Below, piece by piece: positions 1 to 7,147 of a stretch of 64,000 nucleotides of DNA. A program made the translations under genes and the position numbers. The notes beneath the pieces are model-generated. The model saw nothing but the letters and a program-made list of their open reading frames with translations. It was not told the DNA's origin and made no database searches. The DNA is from Candidatus Omnitrophota bacterium (GTDB lineage: Bacteria > Omnitrophota > Gorgyraeia > Zapsychrales > Zapsychraceae): contig JADFYE010000006.1 in assembly GCA_015233195.1 (NCBI GenBank), forward strand, positions 6,699-70,698. Direction: 5' to 3'. Each line of letters starts with the position of its first letter. Position 1 is the first letter of the stretch.

Positions 1-1356
1 TGGGGAAAGTTTGGAATATCTCAGGTATCAAAAGAAGCAACAACGTCGGAAAAAACTGCTACCCCTCAGCAAGCAATAAACGCGCTTAAGAAAAAAATTC
101 ATGAAAAATTGGTCGAGCGTTTACATATGGAAGGGATTGCCCTCGACGGATCAGAAGACCCCGCAACTTTTAAGATGATCCGGAAAATGGCAGAGGATGT
201 GGTAGGCAATTTATTATTGGAAGAGATCGGCGGACACATACCGTCACATGAAGCGCGGATGCAATTGGTAAAAGAGGTGGTAGATGAGGCGTTGGGATTA
301 GGACCGCTCGAAGAATTTTTGCAGGATGAAGATGTAACTGATATTTTAGCTAATAGCGTCAATGATATTTATGTTGAGAAAAAAGGAAAACTGATTTTTA
401 CTGGAAAAAGTTTTGCCTCAGAAGAAAAAATGCGTTCAATCATTGACCGGATAATCGCGCCGCTGGGTCGGCGTATCGACGAGTCAGTGCCTATGGTGGA
501 CGCGCGTCTGCCTGATGGTTCCCGGGTCAACGCAATTATTCCGCCATTATCTTTGAATGGTCCAATGATTACGATTCGAAAATTCGGCGAGGAAAGATTG
601 GGGTTAGATGAACTGCTTAATAAATATCAGAGTTTGACTCCCAATATGGCGACTTTTTTAAAAGCTTGTGTAGAGTCCAGACAAAACGTGATTGTTTCCG
701 GTGGAACTGGTGCAGGTAAAACTACTTTTCTTAATTTAATATCTGAATTTATTCCGTCGAGAGAGCGGATTATTACCATTGAAGATGCTGCTGAGTTGCG
801 GATTAAAAAAAGTCATTGGGTTAGGTTAGAGGCGCGTTCAGCAAACGTGGAAGGACGGGGTGAAATAACTATCCGGGATCTTTTCCGCAATAGTTTACGT
901 ATGCGTCCTGACCGTATAGTAATTGGAGAGTGTCGTGGTCCGGAAGTTTTGGATATGTTGCAGGCAATGAATACTGGACATGACGGTTCTATGACTACAG
1001 TTCACGCTAATTCGACCAAAGATGCTTTGACTCGTCTACATTCTTTGATCTTGTTGACTGGCATTGAACTTCCGGTACGCGCCATCAATGAAATGGTCGC
1101 GTCCGCAATTGATATTATGGTGCACGTTAATCGTTTTTCAGACGGAACCAGAAAAGTAACTGGGATTTCTGAAATTGCCGGTTTGACCAGCGACTATCAA
1201 ATGGAATTAAAAGATATTTTTGTGTTTAAGCAAGAAGGGGTTGCTGAAGACGGAACCATTTTGGGCGGCTATCATCCCACGGGCTATATTCCGGAGTGTT
1301 ATCACAAGTTTGTAAATAGCGGTATAAAGATGAGCGCGGATATATTTAAAGAATAG
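1..1356 (+). CDS. cpaF: Tad/Cpa pilus assembly ATPase (CpaF/TadA family, T2SS-E/VirB11-like), 5'-partial at window edge
   Basis: Frame 1 is open from nt 1. Walker A VSGGTGAGKTT, Asp-box/Walker B RPDRIVIGECRG, His box GHDGSMTTVHAN. CpaF-typical N-domain LGLGPLEEFLQDEDVTDI..VEKKGKL. Conserved-looking ALKKKIHEKLVERL lies upstream of the TTG used by the ORF track (109), so the start is outside the window. TAG stop 1354-1356. Confidence 0.9.
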   Translation, partial: WGKFGISQVSKEATTSEKTATPQQAINALKKKIHEKLVERLHMEGIALDGSEDPATFKMIRKMAEDVVGNLLLEEIGGHIPSHEARMQLVKEVVDEALGLGPLEEFLQDEDVTDILANSVNDIYVEKKGKLIFTGKSFASEEKMRSIIDRIIAPLGRRIDESVPMVDARLPDGSRVNAIIPPLSLNGPMITIRKFGEERLGLDELLNKYQSLTPNMATFLKACVESRQNVIVSGGTGAGKTTFLNLISEFIPSRERIITIEDAAELRIKKSHWVRLEARSANVEGRGEITIRDLFRNSLRMRPDRIVIGECRGPEVLDMLQAMNTGHDGSMTTVHANSTKDALTRLHSLILLTGIELPVRAINEMVASAIDIMVHVNRFSDGTRKVTGISEIAGLTSDYQMELKDIFVFKQEGVAEDGTILGGYHPTGYIPECYHKFVNSGIKMSADIFKE

Positions 1357-1453
1357 AGGACAGAACATCGCTCAATTAAAAAATATCACCACAGGCTGCA
1401 TCATTGTTCCGCATCTTGAGATCGCGGATTCTTTTTTTTCTCGCGCGAAAGGT

Positions 1454-1711
1454 TTGTTAGGAAGAACCAGCATAGCTTTAGATGAAGGCTTGCTTATTAC
1501 CCATTGTAATTCTATCCATATGTTTTTTATGAAATTTAGTATTGATGCTGTGTTTTTAGATAAAAATAATAAAGTAGTAGGATTGGTAGAAAGAATCGCC
1601 CCTTTTCAGCTTAGTCCGATTTTTTGGAATGCGGATAAAGTTGTTGAACTTGCCCCAGAAACTATTCAAAACAAAGCCATTCAAAAAAATCATATCTTAG
1701 AAATTATTTAA
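1454..1711 (+). CDS. DUF192-family small protein
   Basis: GLLGRTSIALDEGLLITHCNSIHMFFMKFSIDAVFLDKNNKVVG fits the DUF192 pattern (GLMGR..L...G.L...C.SIHT..M.F.ID..FLD). In-frame family-like residues (PHLEIADSFFSRAKG) extend upstream to about nt 1400 with no canonical start codon, so the start is uncertain. Confidence 0.6.
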   Translation: MLGRTSIALDEGLLITHCNSIHMFFMKFSIDAVFLDKNNKVVGLVERIAPFQLSPIFWNADKVVELAPETIQNKAIQKNHILEII

Positions 1712-1733
1712 ATTTCTAAATTATTTTTTTTGT

Positions 1734-1774
1734 TTGGACATTATGTTATATTGTTAAGGTTAAACAATGTCCAA
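1734..1774. promoter_or_regulatory. Inverted repeat TTGGACATT-N23-AATGTCCAA flanking a TGnTATATT extended -10-like element; candidate operator/promoter of the HTH gene
   Basis: TTGGACATT at 1734-1742 and its exact reverse complement at 1766-1774. TGTTATATT at 1744-1752 lies between the half-sites. The repeat sits 40 nt upstream of ATG 1814. Confidence 0.35.
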
Positions 1775-1813
1775 TCTAGCTACTATTGGATTAAAAAATT
1801 ACGATAATTATCT

Positions 1814-3133
1814 ATGGGCGTAACCTATAAATTAAAAGAAGAAGTAATTAATTTTGTTTTAGAAATTAAACGTGACTTTCCTGATACTAGCTGCAGGCAG
1901 ATTGCTTCATTGGCTTCTGAAAAATTTAAAATAGAAATTTCCAAGTCTTCGGTAAACAGCATCCTTCAACGCTCAGCCTTAAGCAGTTCAGTTGGTCGGC
2001 GTAATTTATACGCTAAATTCCCAAAAAAATTTGAAATCCCTGCAGAAAAAAAGACTCAAATTACAGAAGTTTTTAAGAACATGCAGTTGGATGATAAAGG
2101 GGAGTTAAAAGCTGGAAAAACCGCGCATATAGAAACAGTAGTTAGCCTTGAAGTTGATGAGGTTGCTAAAAAAGAACTGGAAAATAAAAATTTAACGTTA
2201 TTAGGTGTGGGAATGAATAAGTCTGTGCCGGTATTTCAAGATTCCGGTGTAGAAAAAGTTTTATCTAAAAATTTTGCTTACGCTGGAATAGTATTTTTAA
2301 AAGCAGCAGCTCGGGATGTTTTGGCGCGGGAATTGTGGAGTGATGAAGAACAGGAAAACCGGATACTTCAGTATTTATGTTTAGATCGATATGGCATAAC
2401 TGAACATGATTCAGAAAAAGCTTTAAAAAATTTAGAGGCTCTTTTTTCAATGCAGACCAGAAGGGCGTTTTCGTTTGGTAATTTAAATGCTAAAGAAAGT
2501 ATAGACGTGGGAGTCACGGTCATAAAAGCGATCAAGATTGTTTTGGATGATGGGCGATATTTTTATTTTAGTCCGGATGATTTGGCAGTATGTGAAGATA
2601 TAGATGAGGCAGTTGCTGCGCCGTACCAGCGATGTTTAGATGTGTGCGCTGATGGATTTTTAATAAATAGGATACCATTGGTTTTGAATATTTCCAGTCA
2701 TTGCAGTCTTGAGACTGAGGCTGCAGTGGATAGTTTGATAAATGGGTCATCAACTTTGAAAAAAATTTGTTTTTTAGATCAGTTAAAAAATGTTTTTTTT
2801 GAGATCAAGCATATACCGAATTTGCCTAGAAAATTAGTTAAAGCTCGGGGGAGAATACGGTTGTCGGATAAGGGGGCGAGGGATTGGAAAGGATTTATTT
2901 TTGATGAACAAAAAATTCTGGATGATAATATCGGAGATTTGATATTTGAGCGGATGAAGCAGCGGTTTTTTTATGGAATTGAAGCGAATAAGGGAGAAGA
3001 TTTTTGGAAAAAAATATTTTCGCTGTCCGGCGAGATAGTAAAAAATGAAAATGTGACGCAAATAAAATTGAATTTAGAAGGCGGCACTTTTGATTTCGCA
3101 GTAGTTGACCGAATAAAAGAAATAAATTTTTAA
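1814..3133 (+). CDS. Hypothetical protein with N-terminal helix-turn-helix (possible locus regulator)
   Basis: 439-aa ORF. The N-terminus VINFVLEIKRDFPDTSCRQIASLASEKFKIEISKSSVNSILQRS looks like a homeodomain-like/transposase-type HTH. I do not recognise the remaining ~370 aa. No DDE motif and no terminal inverted repeats. Confidence 0.55.
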   Translation: MGVTYKLKEEVINFVLEIKRDFPDTSCRQIASLASEKFKIEISKSSVNSILQRSALSSSVGRRNLYAKFPKKFEIPAEKKTQITEVFKNMQLDDKGELKAGKTAHIETVVSLEVDEVAKKELENKNLTLLGVGMNKSVPVFQDSGVEKVLSKNFAYAGIVFLKAAARDVLARELWSDEEQENRILQYLCLDRYGITEHDSEKALKNLEALFSMQTRRAFSFGNLNAKESIDVGVTVIKAIKIVLDDGRYFYFSPDDLAVCEDIDEAVAAPYQRCLDVCADGFLINRIPLVLNISSHCSLETEAAVDSLINGSSTLKKICFLDQLKNVFFEIKHIPNLPRKLVKARGRIRLSDKGARDWKGFIFDEQKILDDNIGDLIFERMKQRFFYGIEANKGEDFWKKIFSLSGEIVKNENVTQIKLNLEGGTFDFAVVDRIKEINF

Positions 3134-3164
3134 GTAACCGCTTACATAATACTTATATATTTAA

Positions 3165-3193
3165 TTGCGGGGTGATTTTGGGCGTGGTATACT
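3165..3193 (+). promoter_or_regulatory. Sigma70-like promoter candidate for the flp operon (-35 TTGCGG, 17-nt spacer, extended -10 TGGTATACT)
   Basis: TTGCGG 3165-3170 and TATACT 3188-3193, preceded by TGG. The same TGnTATACTTT element recurs upstream of the giant ORF (17379-17389). Confidence 0.35.
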
Positions 3194-3345
3194 TTTATCA
3201 GCTCACTTATCATGTTCTCGTCGGAAGACGATGATCCTCAAAACGAGGACCGCGGGTGCGGTGATATAGTTATTTTAAGGCAGGGCTTACCTTAAAATAC
3301 TGATGAGCCTATGAGGTTCGGAAGCCGGCAGCGACGGAATAAAAA
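3194..3345 (+). promoter_or_regulatory. GC-enriched, hairpin-rich 5' leader of the flp pilin array (candidate cis-regulatory RNA, class unknown)
   Basis: Five consecutive stem-loops. ATCAT..CGTC-GGAA-GACG-ATGAT (3209-3235, GNRA-type loop). CCTC-AAAAC-GAGG (3236-3248). CCGC-GGGT-GCGG (3250-3261). ATTTTAAGG-N9-CCTTAAAAT (3272-3298, 9 bp). GAGCC-TATGA-GGTTC (3305-3319). Confidence 0.35.
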
Positions 3346-3486
3346 ATGAAAAGTAAAGGACAAAGCTTATTAGAATATTCTGTTATTGCCGCGGTTGCAG
3401 CTATGGTCTTGGTGACCATGAGCACCTATGTCTTTCGCGCTGTTCAAGGCGCTCGTCAGCATATTTATAATGAAGCCAAAAAATGA
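3346..3486 (+). CDS. flp: Flp-type prepilin (46 aa; not in the ORF track)
   Basis: ATG 3346, TGA 3484-3486. MKSKG/QSLLEYSVIAAVAAMVLVTM has a basic leader, G, then xxxxEY and a hydrophobic helix, which is the Flp/Fap motif. The size is typical of Flp pilins. Confidence 0.8.
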   Translation: MKSKGQSLLEYSVIAAVAAMVLVTMSTYVFRAVQGARQHIYNEAKK

Positions 3487-3503
3487 TTTACATGGGAGGG
3501 ATT

Positions 3504-3743
3504 ATGGGAAAAGGAGTATTTTGTAAGGCAAGGGAAAACAAAGGTCAAAGCACGATCGAATATATTATTTTGGTCACTGCTATTATCGCGGTAATGATTC
3601 TGTTTTTAGCTAAGGGCGGACCGTTTCAGAAAGCAGTAAATCAAACGTTGGAATCGTCGAAAAACAGCATGTTGGAAATGTCGAATCGGTTAAAAAACTC
3701 CAGACCGGCGGTAGGTACTTCAGTAGTTGACCCCAAAAAATAA
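3504..3743 (+). CDS. flp: Flp-like prepilin
   Basis: MGKGVFCKARENKG/QSTIEYIILVTAIIAVMILF. Strong SD GGGAGGG (3494-3500) precedes ATG 3504. The track start 3483 (ATGA overlap with the previous stop) is an alternative. Confidence 0.8.
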   Translation: MGKGVFCKARENKGQSTIEYIILVTAIIAVMILFLAKGGPFQKAVNQTLESSKNSMLEMSNRLKNSRPAVGTSVVDPKK

Positions 3744-3769
3744 GTGAAAATTTTTTCAGAGGAGAATAT

Positions 3770-4144
3770 ATGTTAAAACTAATGTGGCAAAATCGAAAAG
3801 GACAAAATACCGCGGAATACGCGATATTAATTTCTTTAGTTGTGGCAGGGGTAATAGCAATGCAGCAGTTTGCGCAGCGCGCTTTGCAGGCTAGGATCAG
3901 AGATGCTAGTGTTACTATGACACAGCAGACCAATGCGCTCGGATCTACAGTTCAATATGAGCCGTATTATAAAGAAAGTAAAACTTCCCGGACTGCAGTT
4001 GATAATGGGTATACGGATATTAATGCAGAAAAAGATAGACGCGGAACCAGAACAACCGATGATTCTTCCGGGTATGAAACTACTAAATATGGTAAGGGGA
4101 CGAAAGACAACGCCATTAACTTAGAGGACTTTAATTCGAAGTAA
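3770..4144 (+). CDS. flp: Flp-like prepilin with extended C-terminal domain
   Basis: SD GAGGAG then ATG. MLKLMWQNRKG/QNTAEYAILISLVVAGVIAM. Shares QRALQARIRDA and QYEPYY motifs with the 4586 paralog. Confidence 0.8.
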   Translation: MLKLMWQNRKGQNTAEYAILISLVVAGVIAMQQFAQRALQARIRDASVTMTQQTNALGSTVQYEPYYKESKTSRTAVDNGYTDINAEKDRRGTRTTDDSSGYETTKYGKGTKDNAINLEDFNSK

Positions 4145-4176
4145 TATAATTTGTTATTTAGATAAGAGGAGGAAAT

Positions 4177-4503
4177 ATGTTTAAAAAATTGAATGAACGC
4201 CGGAATAGAGGACAGAGTACGCTGGAATACGCGATACTTATAATTATTATTGCGGCGGCTTTGTTGTCGATACAAGCGTATATTAAACGCGGGTTACAAG
4301 GCAGGTTAAAATCCGCAACTGATGACATCGGCGGGCAATATTCAGTAGGAAATACCCGGGTTAATAAGATATCGACAAAAGTAACTAAAACAGAAGAAAC
4401 GTTTAATTTAGGAGTATCCAAGACTAATATCAATTCGGAAAATTCAAAAGTTAATGAAGAAACTGAAATTATTTCAGCAAATAAAGAGTATTGGGGAAAA
4501 TAG
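4177..4503 (+). CDS. flp: Flp-like prepilin with extended C-terminal domain
   Basis: SD AGAGGAGG. MFKKLNERRNRG/QSTLEYAILIIIIAAALLSI. KRGLQGRLKSATDDIGGQY motif shared with 5315 and 12357. Confidence 0.8.
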   Translation: MFKKLNERRNRGQSTLEYAILIIIIAAALLSIQAYIKRGLQGRLKSATDDIGGQYSVGNTRVNKISTKVTKTEETFNLGVSKTNINSENSKVNEETEIISANKEYWGK

Positions 4504-4585
4504 AGGGAGTGGATGGTATAGAGTATAGAGAAAAAAAGAGGTAACCCTGCTTCGCGTAAAGCTACGCAGAGCCAAGGATAAGTTA

Positions 4586-4999
4586 ATGTTTAGAATCATA
4601 TCACAGCATAGGAATAAAAGGGGCGATCAAGGGATCGCCCTTTTTTCTAAACGCGGACAAATTTTAGCGTCCGAATATGTGGTGATTTTTTCAGTAGTTA
4701 CAGGCATGATAATTATGATGACGGTTTTTGTGAAACGAGCTTTTCAGGCGCGAATTTACGACGCGCGGAATACTATGGTTGAACAGGCTCGGGCTAATGC
4801 CGGGGATAGTTATATCGGTACGATTAATGCTGAATATGAACCGTATTATATGCAGTCTAAACGATTTTCGGATTCTACAACGAACTCGCAAGAACAGATA
4901 TTACCAGGCGGAACAGACGGCACATATATTAAAAGTACTTTTGATTATTCAAATGAAAAGAAAAATGTGATTTATTTGCCGCCTAAGGATGCAAAATGA
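4586..4999 (+). CDS. Flp-like prepilin paralog (long leader, one-residue insertion in motif)
   Basis: ...FSKRG/QILASEYVVIFSVVTGMIIMM. KRAFQARIYDA and EYEPYY shared with 3770. The start codon is uncertain because of the 27-aa leader. Confidence 0.65.
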   Translation: MFRIISQHRNKRGDQGIALFSKRGQILASEYVVIFSVVTGMIIMMTVFVKRAFQARIYDARNTMVEQARANAGDSYIGTINAEYEPYYMQSKRFSDSTTNSQEQILPGGTDGTYIKSTFDYSNEKKNVIYLPPKDAK

Positions 5000-5313
5000 T
5001 ACGACAAAGAAAAAAAGCGCAGACGTTCGTCGAATACTCTTTAATTTTAGGGGTTATAGTTGTAACGATTTTAGCATTGCGTCCGATGATAATGCGGGGC
5101 GGGCAGAGCATGGTAAAAACTATGACTGACCAAATAGCTAATCAGCAGTCAGCTGAACAGGATTTTTCTCAGGGCTATCTGAAAGAACAAAAAGAAAAGG
5201 TTGCTACTGACGCAAGAAGATATAAGGGAGAAAATCGTGGAAATTATTTTTTTGGTTATAATGAAACCACCAGAACGACGATGAACATGACATATAATAT
5301 GGGGTATAGATAA
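4996..5313 (+). CDS. Flp-like prepilin paralog (Ala at the cleavage position)
   Basis: ATGA overlap with the previous gene. MIRQRKKA/QTFVEYSLILGVIVVTILAL. Confidence 0.7.
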   Translation: MIRQRKKAQTFVEYSLILGVIVVTILALRPMIMRGGQSMVKTMTDQIANQQSAEQDFSQGYLKEQKEKVATDARRYKGENRGNYFFGYNETTRTTMNMTYNMGYR

Positions 5314-5314
5314 A

Positions 5315-5626
5315 ATGTTAAAAAGAAGAAAAGTTTGCGGGCAATCAATATTGGAATATATGGTTTATTTTACTGTAATAGTCGCGGTATTTGTAACTAT
5401 ATCAACTTATTTTAAAAGAGGGTTAGCCGGCAAATGGAAAGCTTCAGTCGATGATCTGGGCGATCAGTATGATCCGCGCACAGCTGAGTCACATATTTAT
5501 TATAAAACTAACGGAACAACAGTTACTACGTTGAAAAGTACTGAGACTCCCAAAGGTCAATATACAAATCGGTTTGATACTAGTGATTTAACTGAGACCA
5601 AGACGGGGAATATAGTAGTAAAATAG
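5315..5626 (+). CDS. flp: Flp-like prepilin with extended C-terminal domain
   Basis: MLKRRKVCG/QSILEYMVYFTVIVAVFVTI. KRGLAGKWKASVDDLGDQY paralog motif. Confidence 0.8.
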   Translation: MLKRRKVCGQSILEYMVYFTVIVAVFVTISTYFKRGLAGKWKASVDDLGDQYDPRTAESHIYYKTNGTTVTTLKSTETPKGQYTNRFDTSDLTETKTGNIVVK

Positions 5627-5636
5627 TAGGATTAAA

Positions 5637-6902
5637 ATGTTAAAAGAAAAAAACAAAAAAGGGCAGGTTGTTCTCGAGCTAGCGGCTTTTGTGGCTGTAG
5701 TAGTGTTCATTATGGGAATGATCATTAAGCAGTCTATGGACGCTAAATATACGGCTAATGGAGAGTTCCGCGCGTTTAGGCTTGCGCTTAAGTCATCTTT
5801 TATGGCTTCAAAGGGATATATGGGCGGCGGAGGTGAAGATGGCAATAAATCCCGTAATACTGCGGCAATTATAGTTATTGAGGATAGGCTAGACGCTGGA
5901 TCAGGAAGATATGAAACTAAAGACCGTGTTCCGCGGGTAGCCCAAGGCAGTGCAATAGCTAGCGTGAATTTATTTTATACAGTTGATGCCGGAGAAACCT
6001 TTAATGAACCGGTTATGGATTTGTATATTAATAGTCAACATTTTGTATTATCTACCGCGAAATTGGAACGCAAAACTCCGACGGGAACCATATATGAGAG
6101 AATTGCTAATGGAGATAAAGATTATTGGCGAGAGGGCGATGTAAGCCGTTTTGATATTTATAGAGATGGAACTAAACGGGTAACTGATCCTAACTTAATG
6201 AAATATTTTGAGTGGCAGTGGATGGTGGTGCCTTCTAGTAAAATAGATGTGGATAAAGGTAATCATTTACAGGTGGATATAGACGGTGATTTAAAAGATG
6301 AAACTATAATTAAAAAGTGGTTGGTTATGGATAATCAAGACGGAGATATAGATTTAACTTATGATGAGCATGACGCTGATTTATATGATGCTTGTAAAGG
6401 TACTGAGACAATTGATGGAAGAGAATATGAGTATGTTGATCTTAATAAACCAAAATGCAGTAAAGTTAAATGGCGTTCTGGATTGACCAGCAATGCTACT
6501 TTTCTTTCACAACCCAGTCATGGAAAAATCCCTCCGCAGATGTTGGAGACTCAGGAGAAGACTGGAGCAGATGGTAAAAAGTACGCGATTTCTAAAAAGT
6601 TTAATAATAAAACAGATATAATTGAAAGAGAAATTCGGCTGGCTAATTATAGTGGCGCCTTGCGAACTTATGGATATACTACTGGAACAGTTAATCCTGT
6701 GGCAGTAACTTGTTCTAATCCTGTTCCGACCTGTTGTTTTGGAGACAACTATGATAAGACTTGTATTTTTAAGGGTGGCAAAAGCGGAAATAAAAAATAT
6801 TTACCAGTTGTTTATGTAAGATCCAGCGTCGGTGATACTAGAACCAAAGGCTGGGTTACGGATGTTTCGGATCAGAACGCGGGTGAGGTTTTTGGAAAAT
6901 GA
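5637..6902 (+). CDS. TadE-like pseudopilin (421 aa)
   Basis: MLKEKNKKG/QVVLELAAFVAVVVFIMGMII resembles the TadE N-terminal motif (G-x-x-x-x-E-h-A-h-hydrophobic helix). I do not recognise the large C-terminal domain. Confidence 0.7.
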   Translation: MLKEKNKKGQVVLELAAFVAVVVFIMGMIIKQSMDAKYTANGEFRAFRLALKSSFMASKGYMGGGGEDGNKSRNTAAIIVIEDRLDAGSGRYETKDRVPRVAQGSAIASVNLFYTVDAGETFNEPVMDLYINSQHFVLSTAKLERKTPTGTIYERIANGDKDYWREGDVSRFDIYRDGTKRVTDPNLMKYFEWQWMVVPSSKIDVDKGNHLQVDIDGDLKDETIIKKWLVMDNQDGDIDLTYDEHDADLYDACKGTETIDGREYEYVDLNKPKCSKVKWRSGLTSNATFLSQPSHGKIPPQMLETQEKTGADGKKYAISKKFNNKTDIIEREIRLANYSGALRTYGYTTGTVNPVAVTCSNPVPTCCFGDNYDKTCIFKGGKSGNKKYLPVVYVRSSVGDTRTKGWVTDVSDQNAGEVFGK

Positions 6903-7144
6903 AAAATAACGGTCAAATAACTTTAGAATTTGTTTTTTGTATGATCATAGTTTTTTTAATTATATTTTCTCTGACTAAAGTAATGTCTTGGTCTGGGGAT
7001 GGATATGTCGGCATATTTAAGGGACATAATAGTTCTATGACTAGCTGGCAGAGACCAGATCAGCTTGATCCTGGATATTGGAAAGGTAAAGATAAGTATT
7101 TGAACAGTGTTTATACCGGGAAGAATCCGGCGCAAAAAGATTGA
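6899..7144 (+). CDS. TadE-like minor pseudopilin (81 aa)
   Basis: ATGA overlap with the upstream gene. MKNNG/QITLEFVFCMIIVFLIIFSL. Confidence 0.6.
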   Translation: MKNNGQITLEFVFCMIIVFLIIFSLTKVMSWSGDGYVGIFKGHNSSMTSWQRPDQLDPGYWKGKDKYLNSVYTGKNPAQKD

Positions 7145-7147
7145 TAT

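Noticed and set aside
1814-3133. HTH protein as a transposase or IS element.
   Set aside because: Only the N-terminal HTH resembles transposase DNA-binding domains. No DDE/DDD or recombinase motifs were seen, and there are no terminal inverted repeats or target-site duplications around the gene. The nearby inverted repeat at 1734-1774 is a single upstream palindrome, more like an operator.
3300-3326. Hammerhead-ribozyme core (CUGAUGA at 3300-3306 followed by a stem-loop) in the flp leader.
   Set aside because: After the stem (GAGCC/GGTTC or GCC/GGT) the sequence reads GGAAG or UCGGAAG rather than the required GAAA junction. No matching stem I/III or cleavage-site context could be built.
3311-3340. 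tRNA/tmRNA-like T-arm (GGTTCGGAAGCC) and an SRP-RNA-like GGAA tetraloop in the 3134-3345 intergenic region.
   Set aside because: The loop has an extra nucleotide relative to GTTCRANYC. There is no complementary T-stem, acceptor stem or anticodon arm. The sequence flanking the GGAA loops does not match the SRP domain IV symmetric loop (GGAAGCAGC).
3610-5845. Minus-strand ORFs overlapping the pilin array (3610-3933, 3967-4275, 4158-4433, 4691-4891, 5588-5845), plus-strand off-frame ORFs (3933-4124, 4779-4970), and the other short ORFs nested in larger genes (99-362, 2265-3061 group, 7916-8269, 8793-8978, 10122-11980 group, 12544-12774, 12946-13218, 13682-13903, 14186-14434).
   Set aside because: Each is nested antisense or out of frame within a longer ORF that has family-specific motifs and SD sequences. 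The nested ORFs have no recognisable motifs.
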